Positions 21,026 to 29,838 of a stretch of DNA of 64,000 nt are shown one piece after another. Every line of letters starts with the position of its first letter. The first letter of the stretch is position 1. Position numbers and translations under genes: made by a program. The stretch is taken from the IMG/VR virus record IMGVR_UViG_3300037067_020175; one strand, written 5' to 3'. Below the pieces are notes generated by a model, which saw only the letters and a program-made list of their open reading frames with translations, was not told the origin of the DNA and ran no database searches. Source of the DNA: an uncultured virus (IMG/VR IMGVR_UViG_3300037067_020175). Taxonomy: Duplodnaviria; Heunggongvirae; Uroviricota; Caudoviricetes.

Positions 21026-21226
21026 GTGACAGAAAAGAAAGGAAAGTCTGGAATTAGTGACACAAAAATAGAGATTCGTTGTCATGATAGTAAGACAAAG
21101 ACTGATTTCAAGAGGATCGCGGCTGATTTCAGAACTTACGAGGATGTCATAAAGTGGTTGAATGTAAACTATCCTATATTCTCTAAGATGGCTCCGGTTA
21201 AAGTAGTTCCGGGTGGAACACTTTAA
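21026..21226 (+). CDS. Small ribbon-helix-helix-like regulator (putative), divergent from the candidate MCP
   Basis: TKIEIRC...KTDFKRIAADFRTYEDVIKWL. Confidence 0.4.
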   Translation: MTEKKGKSGISDTKIEIRCHDSKTKTDFKRIAADFRTYEDVIKWLNVNYPIFSKMAPVKVVPGGTL

Positions 21227-21238
21227 TGGTGGTGAACC

Positions 21239-21580
21239 ATGAAAGTATACAGAATTCCCCTAAAACGTGTGTTTGCCAAGAAGAAAATTGACAAGGATGC
21301 TACGTGGAATAACGTATATGGGAAAGTGAAATGCGCGATATGCAAACAACATTTCAAAGAAGGCGAAGCATATACCCATGCAGACAATGCGTGCAGAAAG
21401 TATGCACATGTGGAGTGTGTAGAGAAACATGGTGCAGTATCGAATACAGGTAGTAAATCTAAGAAACTGCCCGGACTTCGGAAAAAGACCGGGAGACTTC
21501 CGGATCGACAGGACAAGCCGTTGGGGAAATCCATACGAGCTAAAAAACAGGACAAGAGACCAGTGCGTAGACCTGTATGA
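21239..21580 (+). CDS. Zn-finger-like basic hypothetical protein (3' part overlaps next gene)
   Basis: GGTGA RBS; CAIC...HVEC. Confidence 0.4.
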   Translation: MKVYRIPLKRVFAKKKIDKDATWNNVYGKVKCAICKQHFKEGEAYTHADNACRKYAHVECVEKHGAVSNTGSKSKKLPGLRKKTGRLPDRQDKPLGKSIRAKKQDKRPVRRPV

Positions 21581-21773
21581 ATCATACTTCTGCGAGAAAC
21601 TTCTCAAGGATATATCACAGTTAGCTACAGCCAACCGGCTCGGGTGTTGGTGCGCACCGGCGCGTTGTCATGGGGATGTTATAAAAAAATACCTTATAAA
21701 ATATCTCGACGGGTTGGAACGACAGATGACACTTGACGGTAAAGTGTTATATTATAAAGACCCTAAAAGATAG
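21429..21773 (+). CDS. DUF4326 family protein
   Basis: RIDRTSRWGNPY...LGCWCAPARCHGDVI. Confidence 0.8.
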   Translation: MVQYRIQVVNLRNCPDFGKRPGDFRIDRTSRWGNPYELKNRTRDQCVDLYESYFCEKLLKDISQLATANRLGCWCAPARCHGDVIKKYLIKYLDGLERQMTLDGKVLYYKDPKR

Positions 21774-21818
21774 ATTTATATATATGTCGATACCATTTCA
21801 CACAAGTGATGGTTTTAT

Positions 21819-22622
21819 ATGACTATAAACATTTCTACCAACGTTTCGTCAACTGCCGATAAGAAGATGAAGGTTTCTTCTACCCCATATGGGTATGATA
21901 TAGCCAAAGGGAATATGTCCGGGCACGAGCAGTTTTTCAAGACCGGATTTAATGGATCTGTAGACAATGTAGAAGTTGATTTATGGAGTGTTACAAGTGC
22001 GTATGTATTTACCAGCGTGGGAATACCAATGCAAGTTGTATCGGCAAGTACGAACGATACATCGCCGTCAGGAGCCGGTGTGCATAAAGTAAGGATATGG
22101 TATCTTAACACAGCTTTTGATGAAAAGGTTGAAACGGTTTCTCTCAATGGTACTACAGAGGTTAAAACATCTGCAAACGACATATACCGTGTGAATGCGT
22201 TTAGAGCTCTTGAAGCTGGATCCGGGGGGAAGGCTGCCGGGAACATAAGTCTCACAGACGTGAGTGGTATAATATATTACTCGCAGATAGCTACTGGTCA
22301 GACACGAGCACGAAGTTCTATCTATACCGTTCCTGCTGGAAAAACACTGTATATAACAGAGCTTACATATTCTGTGGGTCATGCATCCGGGAACAGATAT
22401 GCAAGGTTCACACTTCGCGCTACTTACGATGAGGTTGTTGGTGCTATATCTTCGTTGTTCTATCCGTACCATGAGATAGGTCTACAGGATGGCGCAATCG
22501 ATATAAATCTGAATACTCCACTCCGTTTTCCCGCAGGAACCGATGTGAAAGTTTCGGTAATAAGCGACTCTGGAACGGCAAATGCGATATGCACTGCTGC
22601 ATTCAGAGGATGGTTGGAATAA
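21819..22622 (+). CDS. Putative virion structural protein (beta-rich)
   Basis: 267-aa ORF; YTVPAGKTLYI, PLRFPAGTDV motifs. Confidence 0.55.
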   Translation: MTINISTNVSSTADKKMKVSSTPYGYDIAKGNMSGHEQFFKTGFNGSVDNVEVDLWSVTSAYVFTSVGIPMQVVSASTNDTSPSGAGVHKVRIWYLNTAFDEKVETVSLNGTTEVKTSANDIYRVNAFRALEAGSGGKAAGNISLTDVSGIIYYSQIATGQTRARSSIYTVPAGKTLYITELTYSVGHASGNRYARFTLRATYDEVVGAISSLFYPYHEIGLQDGAIDINLNTPLRFPAGTDVKVSVISDSGTANAICTAAFRGWLE

Positions 22623-22693
22623 TCTTTTTTTAGAGTTTTCACTGTAAGGCAAAAGATTTCCCCGTAATATGGGGATTAAAAATGTAGGTGTTT

Positions 22694-23092
22694 TTAGAGG
22701 ATATTGGTTTCACGTCTTGAAACCATCTGGTAAGCACCCTGTGGTACTGCCCTGACTGCGGCTCGTGGATATGCGCGTGCCTGTGCTGGGAGTCCCATAT
22801 ACGTGTTACCGAAGGTGTTGATGAGTCCTGATGTCAGGAGTGATCCACCGAATGCCATGAGTGCCATCTGGTTCAGAGGGCTGCTGACAATCTTGCGGGT
22901 CTTCATTGCGTAGACACTGAGCAAAATTGCACCTGCTCCACCAACAAGGCTAACGAGGTTCTGTGTAGTTCCGAGGTTAGCTGGGAGTGCAACGATTGTC
23001 TGGTTTGGTACGTAGTTCTTTACAAGGTAAGTTGTCAGGACACCTGCTGCTCCTGCGCCAACCATAGTCATAATCTCGCGTTCGTTAGACAT
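22694..23092 (-). CDS. Gly/Ala-rich membrane protein (three hydrophobic helices), putative virion membrane protein
   Basis: Hydrophobic segments; AFGGS motif shared with 23224-23598. Confidence 0.65.
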   Translation of the reverse strand: MSNEREIMTMVGAGAAGVLTTYLVKNYVPNQTIVALPANLGTTQNLVSLVGGAGAILLSVYAMKTRKIVSSPLNQMALMAFGGSLLTSGLINTFGNTYMGLPAQARAYPRAAVRAVPQGAYQMVSRRETNIL

Positions 23093-23164
23093 GATAACTG
23101 TGTATACGTTGACATTCTATTTAAATGTTATCTGAATCTATATATAGAAGAACTGTTTTTGTAT

Positions 23165-23200
23165 GATCGAAACCGATCAAATGCGATCAAAACTGATCAA
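23165..23200. repeat. Four GATC sites at exact 10-bp spacing
   Basis: GATC at 23165, 23175, 23185, 23195. Confidence 0.85.
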
Positions 23201-23223
23201 CTGTTAAAAAAATGTTATCGGAT

Positions 23224-23598
23224 TTATACGAGTCCGGCACCTGAAAGAATGCCTCCCGCAAGTGCTGAGCCTCCGTAGCTGACAGCAATATTCCGGATCT
23301 TCGGGTCTTTCAGGAAGAACAGACCCACACCGATAGCAGCAGCACCTGTAGCCATACCGATCAGTGCAGATGGTTTTCCAAATCCGCCTATTGCGCTCAG
23401 GTCTGGATACCATGATGGTACATTACCATCCATATACTTCTTGAGAAGAATGGTCTGTGCAGCTCCTACAGCAGCTCCACCTGCAAACATCAATGCGGTC
23501 TTTCTCTCTGGGGTCAATGCAAATTTGCTCTCACTGAAAGGTGTGAACGTTCCGGATGTGGGTAAATAGCTATCCATGTAATGGATATCGTTTGTCAT
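23224..23598 (-). CDS. Gly/Ala-rich membrane protein, paralogue of 22694-23092
   Basis: AGGAAVG...LKKY...GAAAI...SYGGSAL. Confidence 0.65.
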   Translation of the reverse strand: MTNDIHYMDSYLPTSGTFTPFSESKFALTPERKTALMFAGGAAVGAAQTILLKKYMDGNVPSWYPDLSAIGGFGKPSALIGMATGAAAIGVGLFFLKDPKIRNIAVSYGGSALAGGILSGAGLV

Positions 23599-23619
23599 TG
23601 TATAAAAATGTTTTTGATG

Positions 23620-24156
23620 TTATTGTGGCGAAGTGACATAGACTATACGATCATGACCGCGATCATCATAGTCTCTGTCTCCGCGCATTGTATTGATTTG
23701 CTGTATCAGGAATATTGCAATTATTCCATAAATCGCATATGTTACCATTGGGTTATCGGTCATAGCCCCGCCTATTTCTTTTATAGATGTTGGGATTATT
23801 ATCGTGAGAAGCCAAGCTGCAAGCACAGAAAATATTACTGATCCTACAATATACCACACTATAATCGGTACTGCCATATCGGTTGTTTCCGACGATTGTA
23901 CATTTGACTGGAACTGGACTGTTATTGTATCATTCGCGTCATTGGATTCGAAATATGTTGCTGTACATCCATTCGATTGCAATTGTGACACAATATTGTT
24001 TATTGCTGTAGTTTCCCATCCGGGGATCAATGTTTGTATTCCCTGCACCGGGTAAACGGCTTCGTATGTCCGACCCGGAACAACCACTGCACCGGAGTCG
24101 TCTTGCGTTATATATTTCGGTAATAAACTTGTAGCTTTATTACCCCAGACCACCAT
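23620..24156 (-). CDS. Membrane protein (two TM helices)
   Basis: Two hydrophobic segments in the C-terminal half. Confidence 0.65.
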   Translation of the reverse strand: MVVWGNKATSLLPKYITQDDSGAVVVPGRTYEAVYPVQGIQTLIPGWETTAINNIVSQLQSNGCTATYFESNDANDTITVQFQSNVQSSETTDMAVPIIVWYIVGSVIFSVLAAWLLTIIIPTSIKEIGGAMTDNPMVTYAIYGIIAIFLIQQINTMRGDRDYDDRGHDRIVYVTSPQ

Positions 24157-24755
24157 TATCTTCGTCTCCCGGATGGCATTAACATGGCGAGTACAATCAC
24201 GCCGCCTATAAGAATGAGTGGATTTTCAGTAACCGTCTTCATAAGTTCACAAATAATATCTCCGCTTGCACACGATGTCCCACCACATCCAGCCATAGAA
24301 GGGCAATTTGTACAGTTTGCCGATGGACATCCGGGGGTGCATGGGTTTTCGAGACATGTTGACTGATCGAGTGTTACATTTACAGTAGCCGTAGCAACAG
24401 CCGATAAGTCTGAATAGTTACCATCTATCCAATATCCCTGATCTATAGCCATAATATTGAACGTTCCGGTATCATTGAATGAAAACTGGTCGAATGTTAT
24501 TGAAGATACACCAGAATCAACACCGGTGAGACAACACACCGATGTACAATCTTTTGTTGTTATTAGTGTCGCCTGATTCCAAGATTGTGAAGGTGTCTTC
24601 ATCAGCAGGTATATATTCGTTTTTGTCCATAGAAACGGTATATTGCACGAAGAGTCGGAAATATTCTTAGCAATAGACACTGTTGCTGTAACAACACTCG
24701 CTGTTGTTATACTCGATGGATTTATTACAAGGGATGTCGGAATAACGTAAACCAT
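24156..24755 (-). CDS. Ig-like + Cys-rich C-terminally anchored protein
   Basis: CLENPCTPGCP...; ENPLILIGGVIVLAMLMPSGRRR. Confidence 0.7.
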   Translation of the reverse strand: MVYVIPTSLVINPSSITTASVVTATVSIAKNISDSSCNIPFLWTKTNIYLLMKTPSQSWNQATLITTKDCTSVCCLTGVDSGVSSITFDQFSFNDTGTFNIMAIDQGYWIDGNYSDLSAVATATVNVTLDQSTCLENPCTPGCPSANCTNCPSMAGCGGTSCASGDIICELMKTVTENPLILIGGVIVLAMLMPSGRRR

Positions 24756-24824
24756 TTTATTTCACCATTGTATCTACTTATGCAATCGGTATATTTAAAT
24801 ATATCCCAGACCTTACTGATACAC

Positions 24825-25067
24825 ATGGTTGCAGTTGAAGGGTATGTGGTGGATAATAACGGGAATCCCGTAGAAAACGCCACCGTTACTATACCGACTC
24901 AGGGTTTATTTGCACTTTCTGATGATAATGGATATTTTGTTATGAATGGGGTTTCTCCCGGAATACACACTGTATACGCTATTCAGAGATTTTACGAAAA
25001 ATTCGGCGCAGATGTGAATATATCAGAAGATACTGTTATAACTATCACACTTGATAAACAAGTGTGA
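24825..25067 (+). CDS. Carboxypeptidase-regulatory-like beta-sandwich protein
   Basis: VEGYVVDNNGNPVENATV...SDDNGYF...PGIHTV. Confidence 0.75.
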   Translation: MVAVEGYVVDNNGNPVENATVTIPTQGLFALSDDNGYFVMNGVSPGIHTVYAIQRFYEKFGADVNISEDTVITITLDKQV

Positions 25068-25080
25068 ACGGGGTATATCT

Positions 25081-26172
25081 ATGACATCACTGTTACAGGC
25101 AAAGAAACTCGTGGAAGAGGCATTTCTAAAGAGACCGGATGTTATCGGTGTTGGTGTTGATGAAATTACATCTACCATAAAAATATACATCGATTGTGAA
25201 GAACATTGTGATGTAGAATCTATACCCGGAACAATCGGGGGATACGCCGTTGAGATAATACCCATAGGGGCATTTGAACCACTTTCTGATAATGGTTACA
25301 GGACGCTAAAGTTCAGACCGGTTGTTGGTGGGATCAGTGCTGGTCATATGAACATAAGCACAGGAACGATAGGGGCTGTAGTGAGAGATAAAATAACCGG
25401 GAATAAACTTTTACTCTCAAATAATCACGTGTTTGCAAATTCCTCATCTGAAACAAACTGTGCGGCGCGAGAGGGAGACCAGATATTTCAGCCGGGTCGC
25501 AGTGATGGTGGTGGATATGAGGATACTGTTGCTACGCTGTACAGGTGGGTTCCATTCAAGGACAATGAACCAAATCTCGTGGATGCAGCACTCGCTATTC
25601 CAATCAATCAGGATGATGCGTCTTTGTATATTCTAGCAAGTCACGACTTGGATGTAGTTCCTGTGCATAGTGCTACACCAATTACAAAACCGATAACAGT
25701 AAAGAAGTATAGCAGAACATCCGATATGGATGTTGGAAAAGTTATAGACTGGAATTTTTCTGTTGCTGTGGATTACAAAGATGGTATAACCAGAAACTTT
25801 GTAGATCAGATACTTGTAAAGATACAGACACAGGGTGGGGATTCCGGGTCGTTGCTGCTCGATGATGACAATAATGCTGTTGGTCTCATATTTGCTGGTG
25901 GGGAAGATAACTCAGGGAATTATTATGGGGTGGCAAATAAGATCAGGAACGTTCTCGTCATGTTTGGTGGTGATGTTGATATATCAGACGGGTGGTCTTC
26001 GTCAGATCCCGTTGGTGAAAAGCCGTTGTTTGTTTATGAAAATCCAGATGACAATCCCGGATCAGAACCGGTTGATAATGAACCACTCCGATCTTCAGAC
26101 GGCATATCCCTTTCTGGTCTCGCTCTTGCTGGAGCCGGGTTGGTTTTAATGTCAATTTTAGTTGGCGGGTAA
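25081..26172 (+). CDS. Trypsin-like (S1) serine protease with C-terminal TM anchor
   Basis: LSNNHV (His), VDAALA (Asp), GGDSGS (Ser); N-terminal pro-like region. Confidence 0.85.
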   Translation: MTSLLQAKKLVEEAFLKRPDVIGVGVDEITSTIKIYIDCEEHCDVESIPGTIGGYAVEIIPIGAFEPLSDNGYRTLKFRPVVGGISAGHMNISTGTIGAVVRDKITGNKLLLSNNHVFANSSSETNCAAREGDQIFQPGRSDGGGYEDTVATLYRWVPFKDNEPNLVDAALAIPINQDDASLYILASHDLDVVPVHSATPITKPITVKKYSRTSDMDVGKVIDWNFSVAVDYKDGITRNFVDQILVKIQTQGGDSGSLLLDDDNNAVGLIFAGGEDNSGNYYGVANKIRNVLVMFGGDVDISDGWSSSDPVGEKPLFVYENPDDNPGSEPVDNEPLRSSDGISLSGLALAGAGLVLMSILVGG

Positions 26173-26213
26173 AAACATTTAAATACGGGCGAGTTATATA
26201 ATCTGTCATAGAG

Positions 26214-26522
26214 TTGGTGAATAAAAAAATGGCTTGTATTACAATTACGGTTACAGCTCCGGCATCAAATCTGGTTGCCGGGGAGTTCGACGTTGAACCA
26301 AAAACGTTGGTGGTTGGGGAAACGTTTACGGTTACACAGGTTGTGTCGAACACTGGTGGATCGTCAGGGATAGCAACTGTAGATTTCAGGGTCGGTGGGA
26401 TCAACGGAACTGTGGTTGCTACTAAGACGAAGACAATTGCTGCTGGGACTTCTAGCACTCTGAGTACTGTACTTGTTGCAGATACGGCTGGTCAAATCGG
26501 AATTTGTGCAACATTGAGATGA
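26214..26522 (+). CDS. CARDB-like Ig-fold protein
   Basis: VGETFTVTQVVSNTGG...TIAAGTS; resembles the N-terminus of the 1-533 protein. Confidence 0.65.
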   Translation: MVNKKMACITITVTAPASNLVAGEFDVEPKTLVVGETFTVTQVVSNTGGSSGIATVDFRVGGINGTVVATKTKTIAAGTSSTLSTVLVADTAGQIGICATLR

Positions 26523-26528
26523 TTACCT

Positions 26529-26786
26529 ATGACTGATTCTTGTCAGATTATAACGGTAACAGTAGGAACACAATGTAGTGACATCAACCAATGCCCTGTA
26601 GGACAACACTGCTTAGAAGGCGTGTGTATACCAGACGCAATACCAGTACAACCGTGGTATACTCAGATGGGATTTATGATTCCCATGTTGGGGATCGGGT
26701 TGCTTGGTGGATATATGATGTTCGGATCTGGTGGTAACTCTGTCAAGGCAACATATCCCGGCGGGATGCCGCCAAATTTAAAATAA
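26529..26786 (+). CDS. Small Cys-rich membrane-anchored protein
   Basis: CSDINQCPVGQHCLEGVC plus TM. Confidence 0.7.
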   Translation: MTDSCQIITVTVGTQCSDINQCPVGQHCLEGVCIPDAIPVQPWYTQMGFMIPMLGIGLLGGYMMFGSGGNSVKATYPGGMPPNLK

Positions 26787-26799
26787 GGGGTATGGTATC

Positions 26800-27306
26800 A
26801 TGGCAGAACCTATAAAAAAGATAATGGTTGGGAATGTAAGTCGTGTAGTTGGCGGGAAACAGGAAGAAATGTATCAGGATGCTGTAAAACACCCGTGTTT
26901 TGATAAGAAACCGGTTATTGAAACAGATTTAGCAAATCCGGATGGAAAGCCCAATCCTCTGGATCTGAATAGTGTAGAGTCCAAGCTTCAAAGACTGGTG
27001 GATATTCAGGGAGGCGGGAATATTGGTGGTGTATACCGCGCCCTTACCATAGGTGTGCCAGCACTTGAACAAAGGTATGAAATATCTCTTGGGATTTATG
27101 CTACACAAATTATAATGCGATGTGACAAGGATATAACACTCGTACTAAATGACAAATCTTATGACAATATATTCTTGCAAGTAGCGGATTTCCCATTTTC
27201 CGTTTCGGATCTCAAATTAACAGAATCTATACACACCCTGTTTGTAACTACGGGCAATGATTTGACTACACTCAAGATATTGGCATTCGGGTCATCAAAA
27301 GTATAA
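26800..27306 (+). CDS. Putative single jelly-roll-like virion protein
   Basis: C-terminal beta domain ending IHTLFVTTG, paralogous to 27805-28233. Confidence 0.55.
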   Translation: MAEPIKKIMVGNVSRVVGGKQEEMYQDAVKHPCFDKKPVIETDLANPDGKPNPLDLNSVESKLQRLVDIQGGGNIGGVYRALTIGVPALEQRYEISLGIYATQIIMRCDKDITLVLNDKSYDNIFLQVADFPFSVSDLKLTESIHTLFVTTGNDLTTLKILAFGSSKV

Positions 27307-27348
27307 GGTTGTGGTATCATTACATCTAACGACGTTGGTGGGGAGTGG

Positions 27349-27519
27349 ATGGAAATAAAACCGAGTGATACGGAGACAACCGTCACTCTTACCAAAGCTC
27401 AGGTTTCGGATTTCGGAACAAGTAATATTGTAAAACTTGCAATAGTTATGAGCATAGTCGGTGTGATTGGGATGATATCGATTGTTTATTTATTAACACG
27501 GAAGGATGATAAAGTATGA
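27349..27519 (+). CDS. Small membrane protein (56 aa; below ORF-track cutoff)
   Basis: MEIKPSD...LAIVMSIVGVIGMISIVYLLTRK; GGAG RBS; ATGA overlap with next gene. Confidence 0.65.
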   Translation: MEIKPSDTETTVTLTKAQVSDFGTSNIVKLAIVMSIVGVIGMISIVYLLTRKDDKV

Positions 27520-27800
27520 CAGATAATGATATGGCACCAATACCATCTCCCGGACATTGGGTTCATATAGACCCATCAAATTCGGCTGCGGTCATGGCGA
27601 ATCCGACAGTTGCTCCCCAGTATATTCAGAGGATAACTCCTATGGAGACTACACCAACTTCTGGCATAGTCCTCGATCAGAAAGTTTTGATTGCGCTTGT
27701 ACTCGTACTCGGGGCTGTAGCTGGTATAATTCTGATGATGATCCTCGATAAGTACGCTTCAAAATCTGGGAAACAAGAGTTTGATTACTACAGAGGATAG
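27516..27800 (+). CDS. Small membrane protein
   Basis: VLIALVLVLGAVAGIILMMIL. Confidence 0.65.
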   Translation: MTDNDMAPIPSPGHWVHIDPSNSAAVMANPTVAPQYIQRITPMETTPTSGIVLDQKVLIALVLVLGAVAGIILMMILDKYASKSGKQEFDYYRG

Positions 27801-27804
27801 ATAA

Positions 27805-28233
27805 ATGCCGCGAATAGGGGATGTAATTCAGACTTCTGATGGGAAAGTTTTGCAGATGGTTCCGAGAACTATAGATGATGGAGAAATTACCATAGGAACT
27901 CTCGCAAAACTGCTGGATCAGATAAATGTGAATCTGTCTATTCTTATCGATACCGAACGGTGGGTTGGAAAATATAATGCAATCACGGATCAAATTGATG
28001 CGAATACATCTGTTTCCGAATATAAGTTCAATTTCCCCCCACGGTATATCAAAATTAATGCGGATCAGCCAATAAAGGTGCAAATAAATGACATTGGAAA
28101 TCCCGTTATAGATATATCGGCAGCAGAATACCCATATGTGATTTCAGATATAAAACCCGGACTTGCAATACGATCTCTGTTTGTTACAACCGGGTCGCTG
28201 TTAACTAATATCACTATATTGGGAATGGGATAA
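27805..28233 (+). CDS. Putative single jelly-roll-like virion protein
   Basis: IRSLFVTTG; paralogue of 26800-27306. Confidence 0.55.
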   Translation: MPRIGDVIQTSDGKVLQMVPRTIDDGEITIGTLAKLLDQINVNLSILIDTERWVGKYNAITDQIDANTSVSEYKFNFPPRYIKINADQPIKVQINDIGNPVIDISAAEYPYVISDIKPGLAIRSLFVTTGSLLTNITILGMG

Positions 28234-29375
28234 TGGCAAACCAATGGTATATTCAATCCGGACAAATGGTTGGGAATTTCGGTGCTGGGGCTCCGGCTGG
28301 GATTCCTGTAGGGGGTGGGGTTGGATATCCAGACATCATTCTCGAAGGATCTGCAACTGATGTTTGCGATACAAAATCTGAGTTGATGTCGGCTTGTACA
28401 TCAACGACATCCGGAGACATCATATTTGTTCCAAATGGAACAACTATAGATCTCACTGGAGAAAGCCAATTAACGATAAATGCTGGCGTTACTGTTGCTT
28501 CCGATAGGGGAAATGCATCGCATAGTGGCGGGATTATTAAAAAGACCACATACACCGCAGATGACTGGACTGGTCGGATGTTTGACGTTGGTGGAACTGC
28601 GGTTAGAGTTACCGGAATAATTCTTGAGGGGCAGATGCTTCCCGATTCTGAAGAGCCACTGATATCGGAGGGTAATTATACACGCGGGATACTTAATTAT
28701 AATGGTTACACCAATCTGGTTGTAGACAATTGCGAACTTAGGGGGTGGTCGTATGCTGCTGTACAGACCCACATTTGCCCAACTGTTGGCAGACCTGTTG
28801 TAAAGTATAATTGGATTCACGATAACATAGCTCGTGGTGAAGGATATGGAATGGAGGTGTGGGGAGGAGATGCTCTTTTTGAATATAACTTGTGCGATTA
28901 TAACCGTCACTCTATAACAGGAACCGGAATGTCCGGTGAAAAATACGAGTGTTGTTACAACGTGTTCTTAGGGAATGGTTCCCCAATTGGAGGATTCCAT
29001 GTGGACGTTCACGAATCGATTGATGGTGAAGGCGAATCGTATAATTATTCTGGTGAAGAATACCACACGCACCACAATACCGTTTACGACATAGGGGGGT
29101 TGAGTATAGACCAAATGGGGTTTGTTCACGTAACGTGCGACCCTGTTGTTGGTCATTATATAAATGATAACATTATAGAAACAAATTGGGGAGGAATATG
29201 GCAAAACGCGAACGATGGACTCACGATTGCCAATTATGGTGGACAACACGGTGTTATAAATCAGACGCAATATCGTGGTTCTTCTCAGGTTCGCGTCTAT
29301 TGTACCGATAATAAATGGCGGGGCACTGATTATGAGGATAATACCGGCATATTGTGGTATGACGTAGCAGTGTGA
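28233..29375 (+). CDS. Right-handed beta-helix (pectin-lyase-like) protein
   Basis: GVTVASDRG, VDNCELRGW, NWIHDN, NRHSI. Confidence 0.75.
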   Translation: MANQWYIQSGQMVGNFGAGAPAGIPVGGGVGYPDIILEGSATDVCDTKSELMSACTSTTSGDIIFVPNGTTIDLTGESQLTINAGVTVASDRGNASHSGGIIKKTTYTADDWTGRMFDVGGTAVRVTGIILEGQMLPDSEEPLISEGNYTRGILNYNGYTNLVVDNCELRGWSYAAVQTHICPTVGRPVVKYNWIHDNIARGEGYGMEVWGGDALFEYNLCDYNRHSITGTGMSGEKYECCYNVFLGNGSPIGGFHVDVHESIDGEGESYNYSGEEYHTHHNTVYDIGGLSIDQMGFVHVTCDPVVGHYINDNIIETNWGGIWQNANDGLTIANYGGQHGVINQTQYRGSSQVRVYCTDNKWRGTDYEDNTGILWYDVAV

Positions 29376-29427
29376 TTTTACACAATATTTAAATACTTTT
29401 CTCGTATACTTATCACATAAGTGGAGA

Positions 29428-29838
29428 TTGCCGATGATTATAACTAACAATACAGGAATACCTCCGGGAAATTTTGTCTATGAGCGCAGGGCTTCTACGA
29501 TTGCAGAACCTGTTCCCGGACTTGCAACTGGATACCGATTGTTGCATTTTAGAAAACCGAGAGACCGCGACAAGTTGTTAGTTTACTCTGTAGGTACAGA
29601 TCAACATCTCGGAAGTGTATACACATGGAAAATAGACGGTGTTGAACTCCCAATATCTGGGGAAGCGCGTGTAGGTTCAATAGAGAACCCGTTCGTGTTT
29701 CCAGAGCCTTTAATAGTTACGGATTCTATAGAACTTTACATTGACAATACCAACGCGGTGGAATACCCACGTGTGGATTCTTCCGATCCGGATGCTGAAT
29801 ATTCATACGAGTGCGTGATCTGCGGGAGATATATATGA
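29428..29838 (+). CDS. Hypothetical beta-rich virion protein
   Basis: TTG start with GGAG RBS after a TATA box. Confidence 0.55.
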   Translation: MPMIITNNTGIPPGNFVYERRASTIAEPVPGLATGYRLLHFRKPRDRDKLLVYSVGTDQHLGSVYTWKIDGVELPISGEARVGSIENPFVFPEPLIVTDSIELYIDNTNAVEYPRVDSSDPDAEYSYECVICGRYI

